Shown piece by piece: positions 29,169 through 38,825 of a stretch of DNA of 55,608 nt. Under the pieces are notes generated by a model. That model searched no databases. It was not told where the DNA came from and saw nothing but the letters and a program-made list of their open reading frames with translations. The DNA comes from Desulfobacterales bacterium (GTDB lineage: Bacteria; Desulfobacterota; Desulfobacteria; Desulfobacterales; 4572-123). Position 1 is the first letter of the stretch. Every line of letters begins with the position of its first letter. The stretch lies in contig JAOZSJ010000005.1 in the NCBI GenBank assembly GCA_029939715.1, positions 7,450 to 63,057 of the forward strand, given 5' to 3'. A program made the translations under genes and the position numbers.

Positions 29169-32100
29169 TTATCCTTCCACCTTCAATCTTTCTTCCATCC
29201 CCTGCCCCTTCGGACGCTTTGTCCGCAGGAATTCCAGGTAGGGAATAATCGCATCGTTTTTGGCGCCACCGGTGCCGTCGTAGGTAATGGGTACAACCGG
29301 CACACCTGTGATCTGCTCGATTTTCCCGGCCATGGCCTCGGTGACCAGGGACGGGCAGCAAAAGGCCGGGCTGGCCTGGACAAAAAGCGATATGTCAGGA
29401 TAATGCTTTTTAATATAATGAATCTTGATCAGGTTATCCAAAGATTCGCCGGTATGCTCCATTCTTACTCCAAACCGGGCCAGGATCTCTTCGGGTGGAT
29501 CATCGAAAGATGCCATGGGCCTGCCCAGAATCGGTTCGAAAAAGCGGTAAAAACTGCGCTCCATGTGAGTAATGCCGGCCATGAGGGTTCTATTGGTGAT
29601 CAACACGCGAAATTTGCGTTCATGAAACCACTTGCGAAAATAGGGGGTGGCGATCATTCGGGCGTATTCGGTATAGGGCGTGGTCACTACCTCTCCACCG
29701 TGACGTTCAATAAAACGAATCAGGTCCTGGTTCATGACCCGGTTATCCCGGGAGTAAAGATCTCCGAAAATGGCCACCTTGGGCCTTTGTTCCGGGTGAA
29801 CTTTGATGTTCTGAAACCGTTCCGTGACCGCTGCAAGGGCCGCCCCTTTTTTCATGCGCCCTGAAAAAGACTCACAAAGGATCTCCAGTGCCAGTTCCAG
29901 TACCCGGTCCACTTCCCCGGGGATCTCCTCGTAGGGTCGAAGCTTACAGGCCATCTGCCGCAGCAACCCTCCGAACATATAGGCAAATACCGAATTAAAC
30001 GCCGCGCGCGGGGTAACGTCTTTGAAAAATATGTCCCCCACGTGGACTCCGGCTTTTTCCAGGCCGTTGCCCCGGGCATTGAGCAGTGTCTTGATGTGGT
30101 GGGGATACAGGGCGATATTACAGGCAATAGAGGATTCACTCAGCCATAAAACCGTGTCCTCCGGGCGCAGGTCGTGCTGCTTGATACATTCGGCAAACCC
30201 CTGGGCAATGGCATTTAACGGAATGCACTGCCCGGAATTTTCCCCCAGACTCTTACGGATGGAGGTTTCGGTCTCCTGCATCAGGATAACCCTTAATCCC
30301 TCGCGGCGCAGCATGGCTTCCAGCAGTCGACCGCTCAAACGGTCCCAGTTGGGCAGGACAATGGTTTTTTCGGTTTTGCCGCGATGCAGATCCGGATTCA
30401 ATGCCCCTGCCCCATGCACGGGTTTAAGCCTAGCGTTTTGAAAGTGATTGCGAAAAGCACGTACCGCTGCTTCGATGCGTGTCTCATAACCAATGCTGGA
30501 ATCGTGCTCATCCAGTTCCAGTATCAGGTAGGGTTTATCGCCGGCTTCCATGATCTGTTTGAAATAATCCCGCACAAATGCATCGGGCGAACATTTGAAC
30601 GAAGTGATGAATACCGGATAAAGTCCGGGTGTGCCGGCCGCCAGTTGGGCCGTTTCCAGTATCTGAGCGGCATACCGCCAGTGGATTTCCTTGAGCAGTC
30701 CGCTGATCGGCGCTATAACATCCGGCGGAACATCCAGCATATCCTGATAACAGCAGTCAATACCCTGACGGCCGAACAGCTCGGGAATTTTACAGTTCAG
30801 GGCCGGTGAAAAGATCGTATAGGGCCTTCCTGTAAAAACGATACGAATATCCCTTGGCCCTGCGGCCACATGCCCGGTCCATTGTTTTTTCAAATCATTA
30901 CTGCGTTTATTCCAGAACCGTCCGGCGTCATCATCCGCTGCGGCCAGTTCACGGAAACTGACCGTTTTTTCAGGAATGGATTGAAACATCCGGTAAAGTT
31001 CCCGGCGGGTGTGAAAATCCGTGTACAGATAACGGATCAGCGGAGAGAGGATCTTTGCACCGCCCGGCAGTGCCGTTTGTGCCACCAGCGTCGGGACAAA
31101 CTGGGTATAGTAGCAAAACTGCCGCCGGATCTCCCGTTCTCCGTTTTTATCTTCCAGGTACACCGGCAGAAAGATATAATCGCATTGATCGGCCAGGTAA
31201 TGCACATGACCATGCAGTGCAACAATCGGCGCACAGAATTCAGCCTTGGCAAGGGGCTTGCCTGCCCTGACCGCATCGGTAAACCCTTCGCTGGTGACGG
31301 TTTGAAACCCCAACCGATCGAAAAAATACCGCCATCTGGGAAGATCCTCCATCAAATGCCCGCCTGCGGGCAGCCCGATTACGGGCCGGGAGGATGACAG
31401 GGCTTTTTGCTTAAAACCAAAGACCCTTTTACGGCGGGTCATCAGATCAAAAGCCTTGCTTTTCGTCCGCACAAAATGGCGGGTGTCATAGTCCCGGCCG
31501 CACAAAAAACCATAGGCCACGGTTTTGCCCCTCACCGTTGCAACGGACAGCTTGCAGTGGTTGGTGCACAAATCGCAGGTTTCCGATCGTATGGGAATGT
31601 CGGCCCGCCAGAGATCCAGGCCGTAAAAGCTGGTTGCAGGGTTTTGAATGCCGGCCTGCCGTCGTTCATCACAAAGGGTGAGGGCCGCACCAATGGCGCC
31701 GGTGAGATGACAAAACCGCGACACTATAATCGGCCGGTTCAGCCGCTGCTCAAAGGCGGCGACAAGTGCCCTGTTTTTGGCGGTGGCGCCCTGGAAAAAA
31801 ATTACATCACCGATACGGCTTTCCGTGGCCACCTTGAGCAGATAGTTCTCCCGCACCGAATGAAGTACCGAAGCCAGCACCGCATCCACATCCCAGCCTT
31901 CACTGAGGTAATGATTCAGGTCTCGTTCCATGAAAACCGTGCACCGGTCCGAAGACAGGGGCGCGGATCGATTTTCCGTTCGCCGGGCATAATCGTCCAG
32001 GGAGCAGTCGAGTTTGACGGCCTGCTCTTCAATGAAGCTGCCGGTGCCGGCCGCACACACGCTGTTCATGACGGCCGACGTTACCCGTCCATCTTTCAAG

Positions 32101-33452
32101 GTGGTGAATTTTGCGTCCTGGCCCCCTATTTCGATAATAGTATCCACATCGGGGTTCAGTTCACACGCGGCCCGGGCATGGGCCGTTATTTCATCAAGCA
32201 CCAGATCGGCCCCTATGATACGGCCGATAAACTTGCGGCCCGAGCCGGTGGTGCCCGCCCCAAGTACCGTCAGACGGCTGTTGCGGGTTTGAGCCACATA
32301 TTCGATGGTTTTGAAAAGACGCTGAACGGCCGTGAGAGGTGCACCGGCAGTACGGGTATAAAATCCGGCCATAACAGTTCCATCCGGTGCGGTCAAAACC
32401 GCCTTGGTGCTGGTGGAGCCGATATCAATGCCCAGATAAACATCCTGGGATTCAGCCGGTAAGACGTAGATATCCGTCTCCACATCCATGTCCCGGCCCC
32501 GAACCGGACCGGCATGGTGCCGGAAAGATTCCAGGCTTTCAAAATCAGGATATCGGGACAGATGCAGGGTCAAGGGCGGGTACATCCCGGTTTCCTTTTG
32601 CGTATCGGCTTTAACCAGGTCCGCGGCATTCGGAATCAAGTGCGATACCGGCTTATTTTCGCCGGTTTCAATGCGCCGGGCCACAAAGGATAAAGCCGCC
32701 CCCAGTGCCCCGAAAAGTTCCGGCCGTTCGGGGACCTGAAGAGGTATCTGCAAAATTTCCTCAATATAGCGCCCCACCATTGAATTTAAGGCCACACCAC
32801 CGCAAAATATCAGCGGCGCATTAATTCGGTCGCTGCCCAGAACAGTGTCCACGATATTTCTGGCCAACCCGAAACAGAGGCCGTCACAAACCGCTTCGAC
32901 GGCATACCCCTCCTGCTGGGCGTGAATCAGATCGGTCTTTGCAAACACGGCACACCGCGAAGCGATCTTGGGCCGCTTCCCGGGGTTCTGACCGGCAAGT
33001 ATGCTGAGCCGGGCCGCCGTACCAAGGTTCAAACGCAGTGCCTGCTGATCCAGAAAAGCACCGGTGCCCGCCGCACAGGATGTGCTGCCGCGACTGCCCA
33101 GATACTCTCTGGTTTCGGGATCCAGCCGAATCAGATTAAATTTCTCCCCGCCCACGTTAAGAATTGTACCGACCCCTGGAAAATGGTATCTGGCCGCCGC
33201 AATACAGCAAATCTGATCATCAAATCGTTCCGGAACACGCACCATTTCAGGACTTGACGCACTGGCGGCCATCCACACGGGCGATTCCAGATCAAAAGCT
33301 CCCAGCAAATTTTTCAGGGTGCCGGCAATATCGCCGTAATGAAACCCATAGGCGGTATTTACTATTTGTTTATCCGGTGTCATTTGAACAATGCCAATGG
33401 ATACCGAACCTGCATCGATGCCTACTATGGTTTGAGTGTCTGTTTTCATCAT
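29169..33452 (-). CDS. CoA-substrate-specific enzyme activase fusion (2x BcrAD/BadFG ATPase + DUF2229/dehydratase-like modules)
   Basis: GIDAGS and GIDIGST ASKHA motifs, two CAAGTG, SRCAVF and DRCTVF, C-terminal EFCAP, FKCSPD, GQCIP, AFCCPS. Confidence 0.88.
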   Translation of the reverse strand: MMKTDTQTIVGIDAGSVSIGIVQMTPDKQIVNTAYGFHYGDIAGTLKNLLGAFDLESPVWMAASASSPEMVRVPERFDDQICCIAAARYHFPGVGTILNVGGEKFNLIRLDPETREYLGSRGSTSCAAGTGAFLDQQALRLNLGTAARLSILAGQNPGKRPKIASRCAVFAKTDLIHAQQEGYAVEAVCDGLCFGLARNIVDTVLGSDRINAPLIFCGGVALNSMVGRYIEEILQIPLQVPERPELFGALGAALSFVARRIETGENKPVSHLIPNAADLVKADTQKETGMYPPLTLHLSRYPDFESLESFRHHAGPVRGRDMDVETDIYVLPAESQDVYLGIDIGSTSTKAVLTAPDGTVMAGFYTRTAGAPLTAVQRLFKTIEYVAQTRNSRLTVLGAGTTGSGRKFIGRIIGADLVLDEITAHARAACELNPDVDTIIEIGGQDAKFTTLKDGRVTSAVMNSVCAAGTGSFIEEQAVKLDCSLDDYARRTENRSAPLSSDRCTVFMERDLNHYLSEGWDVDAVLASVLHSVRENYLLKVATESRIGDVIFFQGATAKNRALVAAFEQRLNRPIIVSRFCHLTGAIGAALTLCDERRQAGIQNPATSFYGLDLWRADIPIRSETCDLCTNHCKLSVATVRGKTVAYGFLCGRDYDTRHFVRTKSKAFDLMTRRKRVFGFKQKALSSSRPVIGLPAGGHLMEDLPRWRYFFDRLGFQTVTSEGFTDAVRAGKPLAKAEFCAPIVALHGHVHYLADQCDYIFLPVYLEDKNGEREIRRQFCYYTQFVPTLVAQTALPGGAKILSPLIRYLYTDFHTRRELYRMFQSIPEKTVSFRELAAADDDAGRFWNKRSNDLKKQWTGHVAAGPRDIRIVFTGRPYTIFSPALNCKIPELFGRQGIDCCYQDMLDVPPDVIAPISGLLKEIHWRYAAQILETAQLAAGTPGLYPVFITSFKCSPDAFVRDYFKQIMEAGDKPYLILELDEHDSSIGYETRIEAAVRAFRNHFQNARLKPVHGAGALNPDLHRGKTEKTIVLPNWDRLSGRLLEAMLRREGLRVILMQETETSIRKSLGENSGQCIPLNAIAQGFAECIKQHDLRPEDTVLWLSESSIACNIALYPHHIKTLLNARGNGLEKAGVHVGDIFFKDVTPRAAFNSVFAYMFGGLLRQMACKLRPYEEIPGEVDRVLELALEILCESFSGRMKKGAALAAVTERFQNIKVHPEQRPKVAIFGDLYSRDNRVMNQDLIRFIERHGGEVVTTPYTEYARMIATPYFRKWFHERKFRVLITNRTLMAGITHMERSFYRFFEPILGRPMASFDDPPEEILARFGVRMEHTGESLDNLIKIHYIKKHYPDISLFVQASPAFCCPSLVTEAMAGKIEQITGVPVVPITYDGTGGAKNDAIIPYLEFLRTKRPKGQGMEERLKVEG

Positions 33453-33755
33453 TATATCCCTGCCCCATACAAACCGGAGTTAAGTTAAATATTGAAAATT
33501 TAATTTTCCAAGTTTTCTTTACAGGTAAAATTATATTGCTTTTACAAAACTTTTACAATTCTTTTTTAATTTTTGACCAAAAATCGGCTGATGCTATCGC
33601 CGGGAAGGTGAAAAATTATTATTGATCTTGCTGTGAGTATTTTGTAACCTGTTGCCGAAAAAATGCCGCATAAACGACTGCCCGCTTTAAAAAAACAAAA
33701 ATTATATACGGAACCGACCGAAAACGGCCTTATCGAAAATATGGAGATATACCAA

Positions 33756-34094
33756 ATGGAAGCAAACGTAAAAGTGGATGCTGGTATCTGCGGATTCAAA
33801 ACCAAAATCACCGCCACGGCAACAGACGGCATGACCGTGGAATGGAAAATCGAAAGTTCATGCGATATCATAAAAGAACTGGCCATTCTTCTGGAGAAAA
33901 AACTCCCCATCAATGCGATCCAGGAACTGGGACCGAAAAACGAAAGCCTGATCAAGGAAACCGCGCGGCCCCTTTTGATCACAAAAGGGTGTTGTGAAGC
34001 CTGCGTGGTACCCGATGCCATCTGCAAGGCCATGTATGTGGCTGCGGGGCTGGCCCTGCCCAAAAACGTTCTTCTTGAAATTACCGGCAAGTAG
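33756..34094 (+). CDS. DUF6951-like small Cys-rich protein
   Basis: GICGF, ES.C, C.VP..I.KA..V..GLALPK pattern; GGAGA RBS before ATG 33756. Confidence 0.7.
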   Translation: MEANVKVDAGICGFKTKITATATDGMTVEWKIESSCDIIKELAILLEKKLPINAIQELGPKNESLIKETARPLLITKGCCEACVVPDAICKAMYVAAGLALPKNVLLEITGK

Positions 34095-34113
34095 CCGGGA
34101 AGGGAGAAATCTT

Positions 34114-34506
34114 ATGAAAATCGAACAGATTTCAGTCTTTATGGAAAACAAAGCAGGACGCCTTGCAAGAGTCACCGATGTTATCTCGGAGGCCGGCATC
34201 CATATCAAATCAATGATCGTAACCGATACTACGGACTTCGGAGTGCTCAGGATGCTTGTCGACGATCCTCAAAAAGCAGTCAACGCCCTGAAAAACAGAG
34301 GATTTGCGTCAAGCATAACCCTTGTAAATGCCGTTGAACTGAAAAACACGCCCCATGAGATTCACAAGATTTTATTATTGCTGAACAATGCAGGTATTAA
34401 TGTAGAGTACATGTATGCATACACACAGCCGGAAAAAAATACGACCATGATGATTTTCATGTCCGATAATATTGAAAAAGCAACTCGGTTACTTGAAAAT
34501 TTTTAA
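34114..34506 (+). CDS. Tandem ACT-domain amino-acid-binding protein
   Basis: QISVFMENK.GRL, DFGVLR, INVEYMYA; GGGAGA RBS before ATG 34114. Confidence 0.88.
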   Translation: MKIEQISVFMENKAGRLARVTDVISEAGIHIKSMIVTDTTDFGVLRMLVDDPQKAVNALKNRGFASSITLVNAVELKNTPHEIHKILLLLNNAGINVEYMYAYTQPEKNTTMMIFMSDNIEKATRLLENF

Positions 34507-34565
34507 TTTTTTCTTGCCCATTTATCAAATCCGGGCAAACCTGAAAATAGTAAAAGGACACAGCA

Positions 34566-36140
34566 ATGCTCATAACGGAAATTCTTGCGCGAAATGCCCG
34601 GATGTATGGAAACGAGACAGCACTGATCGAGCGTATTCCAGCACATAACCAGAGGACCGAAATTACCTGGACTGAATTCGACGACCAGGCAAACCAGGTG
34701 GCAAAAGCGCTCATGGGCGCAGGCATTCAAAAAGGAGACAAGGTAGTTCATTTGATGGTCAACTGTATTGAATGGCTGCCCATCTATTTTGGAATCCTTC
34801 GAACAGGTGCCGTTGCAGTACCCCTCAACTTTCGGTTTGATGCCGAGAATATACAATACTGCACATCCAATACCAAAGCAAAGGTGTTTATATTCGGCCC
34901 TGAATTTATTGACCGGGTAAACAGCATAAAAAACCTGATCGATACAACCATCGAAACATTTATTTTTGTAGGGGCACAAGAACCGGCTCCGGATTATGCA
35001 ATACCCTATAAACAGTTTATTTCATCTCGAAACAGGAAAAGCCCTGCCGTGGATATTTCTATTTCGGATGATGCGGGCCTTTATTTTACATCCGGCACTA
35101 CAGGCAAGCCCAAGGCAACATTACTGACCCACAGGAACCTGGAGTTTGCCTGCTTCCTGGAAAACAGGCACCACAACCAGACACACAATGACAATTTTCT
35201 CTGCATTCCGCCCCTGTATCACACAGGTGCAAAAATGCACTGGTTCGGCAATTTCATTGTCGGAGCAAAAGCGGTTATTTTAAAAGGAGTAAAGCCTAAA
35301 TGGATCATGGAGACGATCTCCGAAGAAAAAGTGACACTGGTATGGCTTCTGGTTCCCTGGGCCCTGGATATCCTCTTTGCCATTGAAAGCAGAGAGATAA
35401 AGCTGAATGATTACCAGCTTGACCAGTGGCGTTTGATGCATATCGGGGCACAGCCCGTTCCCATGAGTCTCATAAAGGAATGGAAAAAAATATTCCCGAA
35501 TCATGAATATGATACCAATTACGGGCTCACCGAATGCACCGGTCCAGGATGTGTTCATCTTGGCGTCGAAAATATCCACAAAGTTGGTGCCATCGGCAAA
35601 CCCGGATTTGACTGGGAATGTAAAATTGTGGATGACAACCTGAATCCGGTTGAACAGGGAACCCCGGGAGAGTTGATGATCAAAGGCCCGGGGATCATGA
35701 AAGAGTACTATGGGAATCCCGAGGCAACAGATGAATCCATCATCGACGGATGGCTGCGAACAGGTGACATTGCAAAATATGACGACGATCAGTTTATCTG
35801 GCTGGTGGACCGGAAAAAAGACGTTATTATTACCGGCGGTGAGAATATCTTTCCTGTTGAAATAGAAGATTTTCTGCAGGCCCACCCCAAAATCCAGGAT
35901 GTTGCCGTCATCGGGCTGCCGAGTATACGGCTTGGTGAAATTGCAACGGCAATAATTCAGATAAAACCGGGTAGCGAAATGACAATAGAAGATGTCAACA
36001 TTTTCTGTAAAACGCTGCCACGATACAAAAGACCGCGTAAAATTATTTTCGACAAAGTGCCCCGCAATCCCACCGGTAAAATCGAAAAACCAAAATTACG
36101 AAAACAGTTTGCCGGAATTGCTGAAAGCTTCAAAATATAG
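34566..36140 (+). CDS. Class I adenylate-forming acyl-CoA synthetase
   Basis: FTSGTTGKPK, YGLTE, RTGD, DRKKD, PRNPTGK. Confidence 0.93.
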   Translation: MLITEILARNARMYGNETALIERIPAHNQRTEITWTEFDDQANQVAKALMGAGIQKGDKVVHLMVNCIEWLPIYFGILRTGAVAVPLNFRFDAENIQYCTSNTKAKVFIFGPEFIDRVNSIKNLIDTTIETFIFVGAQEPAPDYAIPYKQFISSRNRKSPAVDISISDDAGLYFTSGTTGKPKATLLTHRNLEFACFLENRHHNQTHNDNFLCIPPLYHTGAKMHWFGNFIVGAKAVILKGVKPKWIMETISEEKVTLVWLLVPWALDILFAIESREIKLNDYQLDQWRLMHIGAQPVPMSLIKEWKKIFPNHEYDTNYGLTECTGPGCVHLGVENIHKVGAIGKPGFDWECKIVDDNLNPVEQGTPGELMIKGPGIMKEYYGNPEATDESIIDGWLRTGDIAKYDDDQFIWLVDRKKDVIITGGENIFPVEIEDFLQAHPKIQDVAVIGLPSIRLGEIATAIIQIKPGSEMTIEDVNIFCKTLPRYKRPRKIIFDKVPRNPTGKIEKPKLRKQFAGIAESFKI

Positions 36141-36275
36141 CAGGTTCATTATTTGTAACTGCGCAGGTGGACAGGCTGAAGACTACTGTAACAAAAACTC
36201 ATGTTAAAGCCATCCTGTGCTCAGCGATTAGCGGTTTAACTTTTTTCTCGCAGCCCCATGTCTGTCAGCGCTTGC

Positions 36276-36304
36276 TTGACATTCCAGAGTCGAGTTTTTA
36301 TATT
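36276..36304 (+). promoter_or_regulatory. Putative sigma-70 promoter of USP gene
   Basis: TTGACA-17nt-TATATT. Confidence 0.55.
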
Positions 36305-36390
36305 TAGTATATAGACTTCCTGATACCTGTATATGATTGTTAATAATCCTGTTTGCCTGCTTTTTCATAATCACCACAAAGGAGGGAATC

Positions 36391-36816
36391 ATGATTAATT
36401 TTAAAAAATTTCTGGTTCCGGTGGACGGGTCCACTTCTTCCATGCGTGCCGCGGAATACAGCGTGGAACTGGTCCGGCGCATCGGTGGTGAAATCCTGCT
36501 CCTTCACAGCCACAGGCCCTTTTCAACCCTGCGGGGGGAGCCCTATCTGCAGATGGCTATAAACAAAGTCATCAAAAACTCAAATCAACTGCTTGAACCG
36601 TACCGGGAATTGCTCAACAATAACGGGATAAAATTCGAGGAATTAATCCTGCAGGGTTCTCCGGGAAGTGTAATTTCAGAAACCGCCGGCATTGAAAAAT
36701 GCGATATGATTATCATGGGATCAAAGGGTCGGTCCAGGCTTGAGGGGCTGATCGTCGGCAGTGTTGCTCACAGAGTTCTGCATTCAGCATCCTGCCCGGT
36801 TCTCGTAATCCGATGA
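36391..36816 (+). CDS. Universal stress protein
   Basis: LVPVDGS, DMIIMGSKG, GSVA.RV...A.CPVLV; AAGGAGG RBS before ATG 36391. Confidence 0.93.
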   Translation: MINFKKFLVPVDGSTSSMRAAEYSVELVRRIGGEILLLHSHRPFSTLRGEPYLQMAINKVIKNSNQLLEPYRELLNNNGIKFEELILQGSPGSVISETAGIEKCDMIIMGSKGRSRLEGLIVGSVAHRVLHSASCPVLVIR

Positions 36817-36882
36817 TCCTGATATTCAAGCCTGTTCCCGGCTTTTCTGTTTTTATCTGCCTTGCCACGCCGCGCTGCACCA

Positions 36883-37014
36883 TCATCGGTGCATCTCCAC
36901 ACGATCGTTGCCCATTTCCACAAATCCCTTTTCCACTGCATTAATGATATCCGGCATGCTTAACCCGACGTTGGCCACATCTTCCTGACTCAAATAAAGC
37001 ACCTGGTTTGACAT
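36883..37014 (-). pseudogene. Truncated ornithine cyclodeaminase/mu-crystallin family gene
   Basis: AAAGGAG RBS then MSNQVLYLSQEDVANVGLSMPDIINAVEKGFVEMGNDRVEMHR*; matches the OCD N-terminus up to RVEM, where PPK is expected. Confidence 0.7.
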
Positions 37015-37081
37015 ATTAATCTCCTTTCCCTGGTTATGTTTTAATGTAACGCGCGGTTTAATCTGGGGATGTTATGTTGGA

Positions 37082-38500
37082 TTATTGGTTTATTCGAAAT
37101 AACTGTTTTTGCGGAATATCCCATTTTTTCATATACTTCCATATAGATGCCCTGCTCAGTCCGACTCTTCGGGCAACTTCCGCCTTGTTCCAATCACATT
37201 CTTTAAGAAGATGAAGCAGTGTTTCCTGATCCAGTTTTTTGCGGTGCAAAAACACCTTTCCTGCAGTTTTGTCGGATTCAAAAAAGGCGGGATGATACCC
37301 GGCCTGCCTCATTTCAACAGGAAGATCAGGTACGTCGATCTGTTCGGCGTTGCACAAAACAAACGCATGTTCTATGGCATTCCCCAATTCACGTACATTA
37401 CCCGGCCATGAATGATCCATAAAAATCCTCATAACCTGATGCGAAACTCCCTGAATCTGTTTACCGGTAATTTTATTATGCATATGAATAAAATGATTTA
37501 CAAGAAGCGGAATATCTTCTTTTCGTTTTCGCAATGGCGGCAGGTAAACAGGAAACACTTTCAGCCGGTAATAGAGATCTTCCCGAAAACCCCCTTTCTG
37601 CACCAGGTCATACAAATTTTTATTTGTAGCGGCAATAATTCTGATATTGACCTTTCGTTTTCTGGATTCACCCACTCGCTCAATTTCGCGCTGCTGCAAT
37701 ACCCGCAATAATTTAAGCTGTATATAAGAACTTATTTCACCGATTTCATCCAGAAACACAGTACCGCCGTCAGCTTCCTCAAAACGCCCTACACGATCGC
37801 GTATCGCTCCGGTGAAGGCACCATGTATATGGCCGAACAACTCACTTTCCAGCAAAGACTCTGATAGTGCGCTGCAATTTACCGTGACCATAAGTACATC
37901 CTTGCGCATGCTTGCTGAATGAATTGCGTTGGCCACGAGTTCCTTACCCGTTCCGCTTTCCCCTTGAATCAATATCGTGGTTTCGCTTGCAGCCGAAGCC
38001 CTGATGGATGCGAAAACATCCTTCATCACATGGCTATTACCAATAATTTCGTCAAACCGGGACAGTCCATTCAAACGACGTGCCGCCATTTCCATCTTCC
38101 GTTTGGTGTTGTTCAATTCCGTGAGATCCGTTACCGCCTCGACAATTCCGATGATATTTCCATCTTCCCGCCGGATTACCCTGGCATTTTTAATTACAGA
38201 CACGGCCGTTCCATTTTTATGGCGGAGGATACACTCCACGGGGTCAACTTTTCCCTGTTTTAAAACGCCACATTCAACAGGAGCGCCCGGACACTTTTTA
38301 CCAAAACATTTATCAAAACCAAGCATGCGGCAGCTTTTACCGATGACCTCTTTTTCCAGATACCCTGTAATATGCTCCATCGCCGGATTCCATGATATGA
38401 TATATCCCAGGGTGTCAAGGACAAAGACCCCGTCTCCAATGGATTCAAGCAGCATTTTGAAAAAATCGTTACTTTTCTTTTCCTGAAATATTTTTTTCAT
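37082..38500 (-). CDS. PAS-domain sigma-54-dependent transcriptional activator
   Basis: PAS (WNPAMEHITGY) with Cys cluster, [23 protein letters not shown]-terminal HTH. Confidence 0.93.
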   Translation of the reverse strand: MKKIFQEKKSNDFFKMLLESIGDGVFVLDTLGYIISWNPAMEHITGYLEKEVIGKSCRMLGFDKCFGKKCPGAPVECGVLKQGKVDPVECILRHKNGTAVSVIKNARVIRREDGNIIGIVEAVTDLTELNNTKRKMEMAARRLNGLSRFDEIIGNSHVMKDVFASIRASAASETTILIQGESGTGKELVANAIHSASMRKDVLMVTVNCSALSESLLESELFGHIHGAFTGAIRDRVGRFEEADGGTVFLDEIGEISSYIQLKLLRVLQQREIERVGESRKRKVNIRIIAATNKNLYDLVQKGGFREDLYYRLKVFPVYLPPLRKRKEDIPLLVNHFIHMHNKITGKQIQGVSHQVMRIFMDHSWPGNVRELGNAIEHAFVLCNAEQIDVPDLPVEMRQAGYHPAFFESDKTAGKVFLHRKKLDQETLLHLLKECDWNKAEVARRVGLSRASIWKYMKKWDIPQKQLFRINQ

Positions 38501-38528
38501 AGTAATAATCCATTAAAGTCTAAAAAAA

Positions 38529-38560
38529 GTGGCGCTATTGTGGCGCTACAGTAGCGCCAC
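38529..38560. promoter_or_regulatory. Candidate enhancer (UAS) array
   Basis: Perfect palindrome GTGGCGCTAC-A-GTAGCGCCAC (38540-38560) plus extra GTGGCGCTA half-site 11 bp upstream. Confidence 0.7.
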
Positions 38561-38710
38561 TTGTTACTACTTATATTATAAGTAAGGCTCACTCGTTTTG
38601 TCAATTTGTTTAAAACTTTATTTTATTGCTTCTTTTTCAATTTTTTATTTCGTTTAATTACCGCATGTTATCCCATATATCGATTATTCCGGATAATATT
38701 TTAGAGATAT

Positions 38711-38727
38711 TTGGAATGATTATTGAA
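38711..38727 (+). promoter_or_regulatory. Variant sigma-54 promoter of DUF4242 gene
   Basis: TTGGAATGATTATTGAA: GG 38713-14 and GA 38725-26 (non-canonical -12), correct spacing. Confidence 0.45.
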
Positions 38728-38825
38728 ATAGAAAAAAATAACATCAATCCAGCTTGCATTTAAATGCATTTACTGGAAGGTTGATTTATCAAATAGTTGT
38801 TTCACAAAAGAAAAGGAGACTGAAG

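Noticed and set aside
31407-32462. 351-aa plus-strand ORF and other long antisense ORFs (e.g. 11595-12209, 50213-50770, 52586-53227)
   Set aside because: Fully antisense to well-supported genes, with no motifs; expected from codon bias
36814-36885. Selenocysteine read-through at TGA stops of the USP gene or OCD fragment
   Set aside because: USP is complete at its stop; the OCD fragment frame hits TAA soon after; no SECIS-like hairpin or Cys-homologous position
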